A DNA stretch of 64,000 nucleotides from Ramazzottius varieornatus. Taxonomy: Eukaryota; Animalia; Tardigrada. The notes beneath the pieces are model-generated. The model did no database searches. It saw nothing but the letters and a program-made list of their open reading frames with translations, and had not been told where the DNA came from. This document shows, piece by piece, positions 48,001-59,253 of this stretch; within the stretch, counting starts at the first letter, position 1, and each line of letters starts with the position of its first letter. Both the position numbers and the translations under genes were made by a program. Location: contig BDGG01000022.1 of the NCBI GenBank assembly GCA_001949185.1, forward strand, positions 1 through 64,000, given 5' to 3'.

Positions 48001-48816
48001 ATGTTATACTCTGTGCGCTTCGATAGTTCACAAGCAGTCCAAAATGGTTTTACCAGAAGGACCCGGAAAAAATATTTTACGAGGAATGAACACATTTTTA
48101 AGCGACTGGAGAATGGAAAAGAGAGGAGTATTATTACCTGCAATAAAGTAGAGCATATCCCAGGCCGAATGGCTGGACTGCGACAAGGACATATTTAGCC
48201 TTTTGGGCTTTTCGGCATGGTAGCGGGCGTAGACGTCCTGCGGGTTCTTCCTGCGGGCCAGCCGTCCCAGAGCATCTAAAAGAGGCGAAGAGGCCGTCGA
48301 CAAGGAAGCGCCGCTATTATCCCGCTCATCAGCGCTGGACAAACGATGGGGCGAATAGGCTGATTGGGAACCGGGACTGACGGTTGTACGGGAAGGGACA
48401 GGCGAGGTGGAGCGACTGGACAGCGAATAAAAGTCCTCATTGTCAGCGCTAACGGGACTGTGCTCATTGTCAGGCGAAGGTAGACTAGTTACGGGAGAGG
48501 CGCTGTGACTGTGTGAATGCATGAGGATGGTAGCAGGCCAAGGAAAGACGGAAGCGGAAGGAGCAGCTGTTGCTGCTGCAACGTCAGCCTCAAGGAAAGG
48601 AGCAGGAGCTACGGGAGGTAGAGGAGGGGAGGAGGGCTTCTTAGGCCTGGCTGGACGACGTGAAGACCCCGACCGTCGCAAGCTCAGTGATATCTCAAGC
48701 TGGAATGGAGGACTGGCGCTGGCGCTCGTGCAAGAAGAAAGGCTGCCTCGTCCTATATTGGCACTTGATGGAGGACCATCGATGCATCGATCTTTGCCCA
48801 TCACCCTGCCAAACAT
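45018..48816 (-). CDS. Divergent Shaker-family voltage-gated K+ channel subunit 2
   Basis: Ser/Pro-rich N-terminus (exon 48816-48138), T1 (FIAGGHHF...HPETLLG), S1 FCLETLPE, S4 VRVIRLFRILRIFDLSRHY, pore SIPDAFW|WGVIT|MTGIGYGD using a 16-nt exon at 45694-45679, S6 GLIFIAFVLQSIASEF, basic C-terminal exon ending at 45018. Confidence 0.9.
45495..45605. repeat. Family-1 palindromic element (Kv gene 2 pore intron)
   Basis: Core 45526-45574, N25, near-consensus outer arm GGCAAACAAAACTCGACAAAATCG. Confidence 0.9.
46363..46475. repeat. Family-1 palindromic element (Kv gene 2 S4 intron)
   Basis: CAGGTGGCGCAT-N25-GTGCGCCACTTG. Confidence 0.9.
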
Positions 48817-48856
48817 GCTGCAGCTCCAGCTCTAGCTCCAGCTCCAGCTCCAGCTC
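48817..48856. repeat. (CAGCTC)n hexamer tandem repeat immediately 5' of the Kv gene 2 start region
   Basis: ctgcagctccagctctagctccagctccagctccagctc. Confidence 0.8.
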
Positions 48857-51349
48857 GACGCACACACAGGATGGAAACAGCCGCCACTTGTTTGTGTTGT
48901 TTTCTTCACACACACAAAAGCCGACCCTGTTCTTCTCATCAAGTCAACGCGCGCCTTTTTATTGATGGATTTCAGCCTGTTGCAAGACACACAGAAAAAT
49001 TCCCATAATTTCTTGCTCAATCTTTTCTTGGTAAAAAATATCCTTTTCTTCGAATGTCTATCGTTTTGTGGTTTGGTCTTTGCCGTTGGTTTAGATCTTC
49101 CAAGTTTTCTACAGCTGTTCACCTTTTACTGTAGCCCGGATGTGATGCCCTTCTGTTTAATCTCATGATCACTGGCGCACTTCAGTAATGACATGTTGAC
49201 CTGCCAGTACTCTGCATACTAATGGACGTCCTAGATCGTAATGAAATTTAAGGACGAATAAAAAACGACCGCCTCAAATAGAGCGGCGGGCAATGAAAGC
49301 GTTATATCGTTGGGTGGATGGATGGCGTAACCTCTTCCCCTTTGGCCCGCTGCTGCTTGTCTGGCTGGTCTGAAGTGGAATATGAGAGTACTCGGCTGCG
49401 CGCAGTGACGTCGACGGGGGAACTGGGAGAATAAGACCACCACTAATAGAAGTGGCTTGTAGAACAAACATGCATTTGGTTGGCTACTGTTTTCTTTTGG
49501 TTACACGGCCAGCGTACCCCCGTCCATTAATATGCATGAGCTTCCCTGGGCTATCGACTAATGTCATGTAATGGCCAAACTGTTTAGTTTATGCCTGCGA
49601 AGTGCGAACCCTCACTGTGCATAGCCTAATAAGTGACAGCTTAACGGATCGTCAAGCTCTTCGCATGGCATACCCAACCTCGTCTTCCAAGTAGGTTTCA
49701 GAGCAGTTTCGAACCAATCACGGCTGCCCCCAACGTCACGGGAAAAAATACAAGCAGAAACACTGATGATCAACTTTAAACTTTTGAGAATTTTTCAGAA
49801 CTAGATTTTTTTTATTAAATTTGCAAATGACTCAGTGGATCTGCGGACATGGGGAAAACAGAGAGCAGAGTTCCATCATGCAATGCGGAAAGTTTTGAGG
49901 ATCGGTTCATTTGGTGCAAGGTAGCAGGACAGCGAGGAACCTTAGTTTAGACGATACAAAATGAAAGAGTCAGCCTTACCACGGGAAGAAGCGAGAATAT
50001 GCGCAATGGGACTGCCATCAACGTCTTCTTTCACCCTAGTGCTCTGCGGACTTTGACTACTGCTGGCTATAGTGGCGGCGATGATTGTGCCTTGTGTTGT
50101 CATATTTTCCGGCTGGTAAGTCACGAGACGATAATGCCCAGCATCATCACGCTTGCTGAGGCCCCGCAGCGAGGGAACGTTTGAGGCACACGTCGCAATA
50201 CAATGCACAGCGACTACAACAAAATGTTCCGGCCAATTTACTCCATCTTCAAATAATTCCCCATCGATTTGCCCAAAGTACAACTCGATTAGGCCGGCAA
50301 ACACATCGATATTATATTTCCCTTCTGCGAATAACGACCCTTCCCAGACTCAAATATCACATTCACCTCTGTCGACAACAGCCCACATCAGAGTGTCATG
50401 TGCGCCGTACTTCCCATGGATCAAATAAGTCAGGGAAGATTTCTCCTTGACGTTCGATAACAGTCAAAACAGTGCCGAACTTCGGATCGAGCTTGACTTT
50501 CGATTAGCGACCCTCTACCGAAATAACCACTGAAAAGACGAAAGTCAGCACGTACGTCCGCCAGGAAGATTTGACCTCCGTGTGCGGAAGCGGAGTCGAT
50601 GATGTCAGGGAAGCGGAAAGATAAATGCGATATTACAAGGCCTAATTTTGTCCGTCGTCGAGGATCTTGAGAAGTTCAGCCGAGAGAACTTCCCGGATAT
50701 GCGTATCTCCACTCTTCTCTTCGCTCCTTCTCTTTGTAGCAGTCAAGCAAGACAGACAGCGGAAACCAAGATCATGTTGACATGTCGATGATTCAGGATT
50801 ACACCAAGGAAGGCAAAGAACGAAGCCGCGGAGGAATATTCTTAGCTAAGTCAGCGGAGGTCGAGAAGAAGAGCGTCTTTCCGGCTTAAAAATACATCAC
50901 CACGAGAGAAGGAACTGAGAACAAGACTCGACTCTGGCAAACGTAAAGAAGAACCTTAAAGTCAGTGCCATGTAAATTATTGTAGAACATGTCATTACGT
51001 GATCCACGGACCTTTCGCTTTCTGTCGCGGACATGCAATTGGACATGTCATCCAATTTACGACCTCCTAAGCACGAACAGAGATGGGGAAACCAAGTTGG
51101 GCGGAGTAGTTAGCGCAAATTGAAAAGTCCGACTTCCTTGATTGCCAAACTTGATCTCTTCTGCTTGATTAGGTCTTCGCTCGCCCGAAAGGACGCCAAA
51201 TTTCATTGTGTAATACACGATTTGTTTTTTCTCGGTTTGACGTCAGTAACCTTCTTCAGTTCAGCTTCTTGCGTCCAAGCGCTCTGTGAGATCATTCTGA
51301 TGTCAATTTTAGTTCTTATTTCTGTCAAGTCATCTCCTACGAATATTCG

Positions 51350-51462
51350 GAAGATGGCTGGACAAACGTTTCTCCAAGTGGCTGGCGCGCGCTGTCAGCC
51401 AAGGACACTGAGAACGTGCGGCACTGGGGAACCGCAGTCTTATCGAGTTTGTTTGTGGAGCT
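51350..51462. repeat. Family-1 palindromic element (outside any recognised gene)
   Basis: TGGCGCGC-N25-GTGCGGCAC, right arm TCTTATCGAGTTTGTTTGTGGAGCT. Confidence 0.8.
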
Positions 51463-52593
51463 TCCATTTCGCAGATTTTGATCTATTTCCAGACTTTCTT
51501 TCCGTTCATCTAAGAGCGTGATTTAATGACGGAAGCAATACAAAAAGGTGGAACGGAAGCGGGGAAAAACTGGTGTGAGATCAAAATACCGTCAGGTGAT
51601 GCCGAGACCTAACCTGATCAACGTTTCTCTTCGCCAAAAGTTTGTCTTCCTCAATTTTCCCTGAGCAAACAGTAGGACCTACAGCTAAATCTACAGAAAC
51701 TTACTTTGTGTACTTGTTGATACAAGCTGCTTTCCGGATCGACATGGAGATGTCCTGCGGGTGTGTCAGCAAACATATTTCCTCTTCGGTTCTTCTTCCG
51801 TACTCGTCCTCTCATTCCCCTGTGAGCGAGAACTGTCAGAATAAGTTATGTCGTGATCAGATATGAGTTAAGTTATTCAGGGGAGTTTGGAAACACATTC
51901 TGGGTGCTTGCATACTTTCCTGTTGAGGGCTAATGGACTTCCGCGGAGCGAACCACCTTCGTTTACACACCCTTAGGAAATTCTTGATATCAAGCTCCAA
52001 CCAGAGCAGAACGTTCAGAATGCTGGCACATGTTAGGACGAACTCTAATACTTTACCAAATTTGGTTAGCAGAGAGCGCATCGGACGTGTGTCCAGAACG
52101 ATCTCGTCGGTGTCGGGAACTCGAGATAGGAACGGCAAACCGGGGTATATTTCGCAAGCACAGCTTTACTGCTTACAAAGCAAAAAACTTTCATCGATCA
52201 CCAACCGGACTACAAGTTCATAGCGAATGACGATGCCCATTCAACCGGAACTTACCGGACAGGAAAGACCCCACAAGACGAAATCGAGACGTTCTGGCTG
52301 AGGGAGAGGCGAAAATTATGCGGTTTCATCAACCGGAAGTCGCCCAGTTTGTCCCAAAGCCAGCCTGTTATGGTCCTGGAGCGAATCATTATCGGCTAGA
52401 TGGAAAAGCTGAAGGTTTAATCGAACAATATATTTCTGAATCTGTGCTTTTGTTGAATTAACTACACTGAAAAATATTGCCGAAATAAAGTATTCGACCG
52501 GGCGTGTTCGAGTTTTTGGCGTATACGCCAACAAACAAATAGAAGCTTTAACGAGAGGAAGGCACTGCAGACTTGGGAGAGGAATAAAGAGAA

Positions 52594-54377
52594 CTACTTG
52601 TCGTCGGTCATTTCTAAATACTGACTAAAGGTGTCGCGGCTGCATTTGCCATCTTGGTCGAAGATGTATTTGTAGTAACTTCCGTCGGCACAAATCGCTA
52701 CGCAGAAATGTCCCTTTATGGTATGTCAACAAACTATTCCATGATCTATCACTTTAGCTTGTTTTGAACTAGAAAGCCCTTACCGACGATGGTGTTGCGG
52801 TCGGAACCGAAGGCACATATGCAACGAGCTCCACCGGGAATTTGTAGTTTGATAGTACTGAAGGTCGAACCAAAGTACTTGACGACCTGACCGACCGATG
52901 CTGCCAAACTGCAAAGAACATCTCAGCTGTAATTACCACTCTTTCTTCTCATAGCTCCATATCTTCTTGAAATATACTGACGTACCTCGGTCGTTTTTTG
53001 TCCTTGGGTCGCTGTAAGGCGAATACGTGGAGGGTTCCATGGTCGCTGCTTAGGCACAGTAATGTCGAGTCCACGTTGAAATTTATACTGCAACGCAACA
53101 ACACTCCAAAATGAGCTCCAAACAATATTTCCAAGTACATTCAGTTTTGATCATAGGCATACCAGTAGACATCAGCGTTATTGGCGCCTCGCCGCAGTTC
53201 ATGAAGCTGCGCACCGGACATGGTGTCGAAGACTCGTACCAGCGTACCCTGCAGACAGAAACACTGTTTCTGCGTTGTGTGTCGAATGATGGGAAAGAGT
53301 TGGTTAACCTTTTCGGAAGCTGTGGCTAGAAGAGTGCCGGAAGGATTGAGCGAAAGACAAGCCAGGGTGGTCTTGTGAGCGTGAATGACCAGTGGCGCCA
53401 CTTCCGTGTTGGCCAGATTGACCACCTCCACATTCCCAAACTTCCGCGATGGAAAAACTAGGAGAGAATTGTCGCTGTTCGGACATGAGGCACACAAACC
53501 TGCAAATAAAAGAACGCTTTCCAGACAGAATGAAAACTGGAACAAGTCCAAGCGGGCACAATTCGTCCAGACGAGCGGAGCACAGACTGAACCGTCTGTG
53601 TACTAAATGATCACCTCTGGAGACAATCGCAGCCGCTTTTCACAAAGTTTCCCTCTTCGAAAAGAACTGTTTAAGCATTGGAGAATAAAACTATGCCCGT
53701 TACCCTTTGGATTGTGGGAGGTTTCGAAGACGGTGAGCTGCTGAGGCTTCTCCGTGAAGGTATAGACTCGGACAGAGTTATCAAACAAAACAACGATCCT
53801 GTAAGGCAACATGACTGCTCGTCACCATCGTTCTCACAAAGATCACAAGTCCACAGAAGGCTCAACTACCTGCCACGGCGCAGTTTGACGGCGCGGACGT
53901 CTTTGTTAAAGTCCATCTGAATAACGGGGGCTTTCTTCAAGTCGTCCCATATCACCACCTGGTTTGCTGGATACATCGGCTTGTCACCTCCTCCAATGAG
54001 GGCCAGGTAGTTGCACCGAAAAAGCATCTCCACGTAAGCCACACCGCCGTCAAAATCTGGAAGAAGGTAAATTATCAAACTGGCATATTGTCTGGAAGTT
54101 AAGAGCAACGTAAACGACGATAGTGCGAGTACAGTATGCACCCCTCTTTCAACGATGAGCTCACCTTGCCGTTCACGCTCTTTCACGGGGTTGGTGTTGT
54201 ATATCCGAAAGCCATTCTCCATGCCACATGCAAAGCATCCTACATGATCAAACACACGTTGGTCAGGATGGTAAGAAGCGGAATTGGCGGAAAGAATGCA
54301 TTATGCATACCTTGGTCCTGGTTAAATCCAGCGTAAAGCAAGCCGTTGTGGTACGAGTTTCTCCGTGATAAGTTCAT
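52594..54377 (-). CDS. WDR45B: WD-repeat PROPPIN autophagy protein WIPI3
   Basis: [40 protein letters not shown]...[15 protein letters not shown]...VIWDDLKK...[14 protein letters not shown]...ELRRG...[10 protein letters not shown]...CADGSYYKY. Confidence 0.96.
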
Positions 54378-55099
54378 GCCTTCCGCTCACGTCGGTTCAT
54401 CTGCTCTTTCACCATCCACACGAAGAATTTGAGCTGTAACGAGAACAGCAACGAAAGCTGACAGAAAGGTTTGATGGAGCAGAAAAGCTCAAAATGCCTC
54501 ACATAAAGAGGAATGTTGAATAACTTGGATTTTTCACAGCAGTGCTCAGCAGGTAAACCCTTACCGACGTTCCGAATGGCTTGCCAAAAGTGCTGAGAAA
54601 CGATGAGCCAAGCAAATTGCGGTGGACTTGAATAACTTGATTTTCTGAATAAAGCACGGATTCAGTTGATTACCGTTTGTTCTTGATTGAGCGATAGGCT
54701 TTTTGGCAGGCTAAGCTAAAATGGGTCTGTCGCACTTGGTACAGTAGTGGTGCCATACGCACCGAATATAATCAGTGAGTAACTGCGTCAGCGTGAAACA
54801 CAACCGGAAGTTCGTCGAGAACCCATTGACCGACAAGTTCAACGACTCCAAATGAACTTCCCGCGTCTACAAAAATCAGGAAGGAACTCCAGAACAAGGA
54901 TATCGATAACAATCAGAAGTAAAATACATGCAAATATGGAAATCAAACGACAACGTAACGAGGAACTCAAACGGATAACTGTACATAACCAGAGAACTCT
55001 TGAAAGCCCATAATGTTAGGTGAGCAACTAGTGAATATTCGAATAGGGATTATACCAAAAGAACCTTCACGAGCATATCGACATACTCGTGGAGGTTAA

Positions 55100-57560
55100 A
55101 GAAGATCTAAAAGAAGTACTTGTTTTTGTAAGCCAGACACAGAAGGAAAAAATTGTACCATCCGACTATAATCGTTTCACGAAGCTCTACGAACGCCTTC
55201 TTGTTGACGTTTACTCCGTGCACGACGTTGACCAAATACTTGGAGCTTTCATCTGCAACAGAAAGTCCCCCAATCAAGCTTTGACGGATTTTTCTTTCCC
55301 CAAAGACAAGCAAAGCGGGAACACTTACGGAACAAGGAAATAATACTTGACTGCATGAAGAAAGCCTGTCGGCTTTTCGGGAACCGAACAACGACTTGAC
55401 CCTCTTCGAGTCTTTGGTGATGAACATGGCCTTGTCGGCTTGGCCGACTCCCGAGTGCTGGCTGGGAAATCTGGAAAGTACGCTGCGTTGAGGGAAACGG
55501 CTGAACCGTGGAAGACATTAGCGAGGATCAAAAAACGAAGTTGAAGTCAGAAATGTCATTTATTGTTGTTCGATCATCCGATTCCGAGAGCTCTTGCCGA
55601 CGTATCCTTTGAACAGTCGCACCAAGAAAAGAAGAAACGAAAGTACCGAGATGTCACTCGAATCGTCTTCCATGAAATGTTCCGTGGCGAACATGGCGTA
55701 CCGTCGGCCTCGGGATCCGGAAACCTTCCTGTTCCAGGTGGCGCCACAAGTTATCACCACCACCACCAGTTCCGTTCGAGGTTCTCCATTCAACAAACAG
55801 CTCCAGGTAACGTACATGACATTGTCGGAAATGGTGCTTGTAACGGGCACGAATTTCTGTGAAAGCGGATGACGTGAGGAGACGAGTGAAAGCAGGATGT
55901 AGCATTCGAAGTTGGATCTCTCGTCTTTGCACTTGCGCTTCTTCCCAAAGACCCTTCGCGGGTTCCACCTTGAGCCACTTCCGAATGTGGACTCACTAGG
56001 AAGATTTGCATTACGCATCCTCCTCTTCGCCACGTATCCAAATGCTCCGTCTCCGTGAAGGCTGACGAGGCGGAAGAGCTCGTTCAAACATTCTGCTTTC
56101 TCTTCCTCACTGTAGTTCTTCTCGCCCTGGGTCTTTGTTTCCCATCCGAACGGACGCGTACTCGGGAAAATTAAGAATGTCCACGATCACGGTCTTTGAA
56201 CGGAATTCTGGAAGGTGTGCGAAGTGCTTTCGAAAAGTAGCTATACTTCCGCCGTGGTTGTCTTTCTTCCACTGTTTGAACAGATCGACCACAAGAGGAC
56301 GTCGCAACTCATGGTAGTTTTTTTTACTCATATACCATTTCTTCTTGACGTGCTCTCGATACTTCTCTTCCAGCGCCGGGAAAGTTGACTTGACCGGTGT
56401 TGACGGCTGCCGGAACTTCGTGGAGCTAGGCTAACGGGAACTTGCCGGTGATGGTTTCAGCTTTGGCTGAAACTTCGGAGCTTTCCGGTGACGAGCTGAA
56501 GCATAAAGAGTAATTTATTACTCATTCATCTTTACGGGAGTGGTTGCTGATTACTGCACTACATCGCGTAACAATAGCCCGAGAATCGCTAAAAATAACT
56601 ACTTGCATGATGGAACAGCCGCACTGCAGGTCTTCGCGCCAGACCAGTCAGCAGTTGCTTTCTTGGAGTCGTTCATCTTCCTGTCCACCAAGGAAAACGA
56701 TGGCTTTTTGTCCAACACTGGTTTCTTTTGTTGGCCGGAACCGACTTCGCTGGCACAGACAATCCCGGGCGGGTAAGACGACTTACCGGCCTGGAAATAC
56801 GCGAACTTTTCGGGCACCGTCCGGTTTTTGTTCCGTGGATCATCCCTGAACAACGACAACACACCGAATTTGAAAGCATGAACATGGAGAAACACAGTAA
56901 TTTATGATTCGATAAGCGGTAATTATTCAGGTAGACAAACAAATTAAAGAGTATAATATACCGGTATGGTTGGAGACTTCCGGTCAACGTAACTGCATCG
57001 TCCATACCGACAGTTGATGTGGCTGGTTTCTTCGTCAGGAAATGAGTTATCGACAACTGCACTGCCGTTGATGGACGAGATGGTTTCTGCTTCTTGACGA
57101 GAGGCTTCTTTACGGCTTTCGAGTCAGGCGCCTTCTTGGCGGTGAGCTGGAGACTTTGCCGTCCTGCTGTGGTCGACGTATCTCGTTCGGTGCCACCATC
57201 GTTGTCTTCTTCCTGTGCCTCTTCTCCATCGCTATCCAGGCTTTCCATCCAGTGTTTCCTGAAAAAAGCCAACGCAAAACATTCAGATTATTTGGAACAG
57301 AAGATTCTGCGGGAAGGGAAACAAACGGCACGTCGTATACCAACAGCGTGTGATCGACGATCCGTTGTACCTTGACAGCTGGTAGTTGCATGTCGACATG
57401 CGGCGCCGAGCTTGTCGGGGTTTTTGTTTGCAGCATTCCCACGGGACAGAGCCGTTGAAACGTGTTCTGACAGTGGTGGCCATTCTGTGTCAATATTTTA
57501 GCATATCGGCTGCTTTCACTTACCAGTGCTCCGGAAGTTCTCCCGTGTGTTCTTGCATGA
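55100..57560 (-). pseudogene. Degenerate multi-exon ORF remnants of unknown family
   Basis: Protein-like stretches alternate between frames (56331-56107, 55968-55654, 55427-55107) with stops and frameshifts. No homology recognised. Confidence 0.35.
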
Positions 57561-57649
57561 CTGCTCAACTGGAAGATGGATCTACCTTCTGGCGGTAAGT
57601 AGCCCCAATCATCTTTATCTCAATTTCTGCCTGTATTTGCTAATTAAAC

Positions 57650-57915
57650 TCGGTTGATACATTCAGAGAAACAATAGTAAAGTCTTGAATATGTTCACTG
57701 AATATAATTAGCGAATATATTTAGTGAATACCGGGATAAACTGTCTGGATATATTCATCGAATATAGTTACCGAATATAGTTTTTTATTCAGACGAATAA
57801 ACTTGGAATGAATATAATCAGCGAATATATTCAGTGAATAACCTTGTATTTTCACTAATTATTTCGACCGAATACAATTTTGAATATAGTTCGGAAAATA
57901 TGTGTTCTATTCCAG
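57650..57915. repeat. AT-rich cluster of GAATAT(A/T) short repeats
   Basis: Many gaatata/gtgaata/cgaata units. A similar motif occurs at 54762-54780 and ~55030. Confidence 0.6.
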
Positions 57916-57917
57916 AT

Positions 57918-59064
57918 AAAGGAGGCCACCGCTTTCGCAATTCCCGAGACTTCGGGACTGTGTTTGATAGTAGCGGAGCTTCGAAGGACTTATTGACGAT
58001 CCCAGAGTCCATGCAGATGTCCTCGGACGAGTTGCTGAGGTTCAACGAGAGGAAATCGTCCAGCGATGCCGTCTCAACTGTCTCGCGAGAAGAAGTCGAA
58101 CGATTCTGTGAAGAAGTGAAGAAGGGAGCAATTGGAAAGACAGCCAAGCCATCGAAACCTGCCTCCGGACTACCTGAAGCAGGAAGCCCCACTTCCGCGT
58201 GGTTTGCCTATTGGTCTTCCATGAATCCTGACATGTACGCGCTGATCAAGCGCATCATCGTCGATAGAACACTCAAGATCAAAGACCTGAAGGGCCAGCA
58301 CAACTCGACCAGCACGTTTAACCTGTACAAGGGGCTTCGGCGCGCTAACCTATGATATTTCCGTTGGGCGAAATCACCGTCAAACTCAGCTCGCTGAATA
58401 CCAGGAAGAACCGCGAGAAGCGAAAAAGAGAACCGGAAGTCAAGCAAGCTATCGTGCTCAAGATGAAGGACTACAAGTCAACTTGTTGTCCTCCAGTTAT
58501 GGCGGAAGATACGGTCGAGGAAGACTTCATGAATGAAGTCGGCAGAGCACGAGCTTCCCACCGCAGCTGGCGCATGGAGCCCTAGGCTTCGATGGTTCAC
58601 CAACAGCTGTGAAGCCAGCGACAGCCAGACCAATGCCAACCAAGTTTCTCGTCTACGGCGTTCGTGTCACATCACGACCGTCAGGGCTGTTTAGTGGAGC
58701 CAAGAAGACCGAACCGGAAGTCAAAGATGCGTCTTTAGAGGCCGGGGTTCTCCAACGCCCTGGCAAACCGGAAGTCTTGCTGCATGCAGAATGTGTCCAC
58801 TGGACACATTCGGCGGACTATTACGGTTATCGACCAGTGAGGTATCTCGTGTATGTCACTGATCCCAGTGAATCGCTGTGGGAACGAAAGGGTGGTCCTT
58901 CGAGCGCGAGTTACTGGCTCGCGGCGCTGCAGAATGCTTGCTCTGCGATTGATTCCGTTGGTTTCCTTGGTTATTGTCTCGCTGAATATCACCCTGTTTT
59001 TTCCAACATCGGAAACGGTACGATGACCATCAAGGACGATCGCGAATTCTTCACCTTTGTTTGA
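57918..59064 (+). pseudogene. Degenerate ORF remnants of unknown family
   Basis: Three consecutive same-strand ORFs (to 58355, 58352-58585, 58609-59064) separated by frameshifts or stops. Confidence 0.35.
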
Positions 59065-59202
59065 TATGGCGGATCGCTGAAAGGTTGGCAGAAACACATA
59101 CCGCTAAAATCACTTTGGGCTATTTACTATAAAATGCATCGTATGTTCTGTTTACAGACTCCGGTCAGTTGGCCGAAGACGATGGGTCGCCCTACGAGCA
59201 GT

Positions 59203-59252
59203 NNNNNNNNNNNNNNNNNNNNNNNNNNNNNNNNNNNNNNNNNNNNNNNNNN
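59203..59252. other. Assembly scaffold gap (50 N)
   Basis: Run of N bases. Confidence 0.99.
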
Positions 59253-59253
59253 T

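Noticed and set aside
4-51462. Family-1 repeat-spacer units as a CRISPR array or integron attC sites
   Set aside because: The context is eukaryotic and intronic. Repeats are inverted pairs dispersed in 1-3 units, spacers share a loose consensus, and no cas or integrase genes are present.
53391-53404. AGTGGCGCCACT in WDR45B (and CAGGTGGCGCCAC at ~55735) as family-1 copies
   Set aside because: No spacer or outer arms. The first lies in a coding exon, so both are treated as chance matches.
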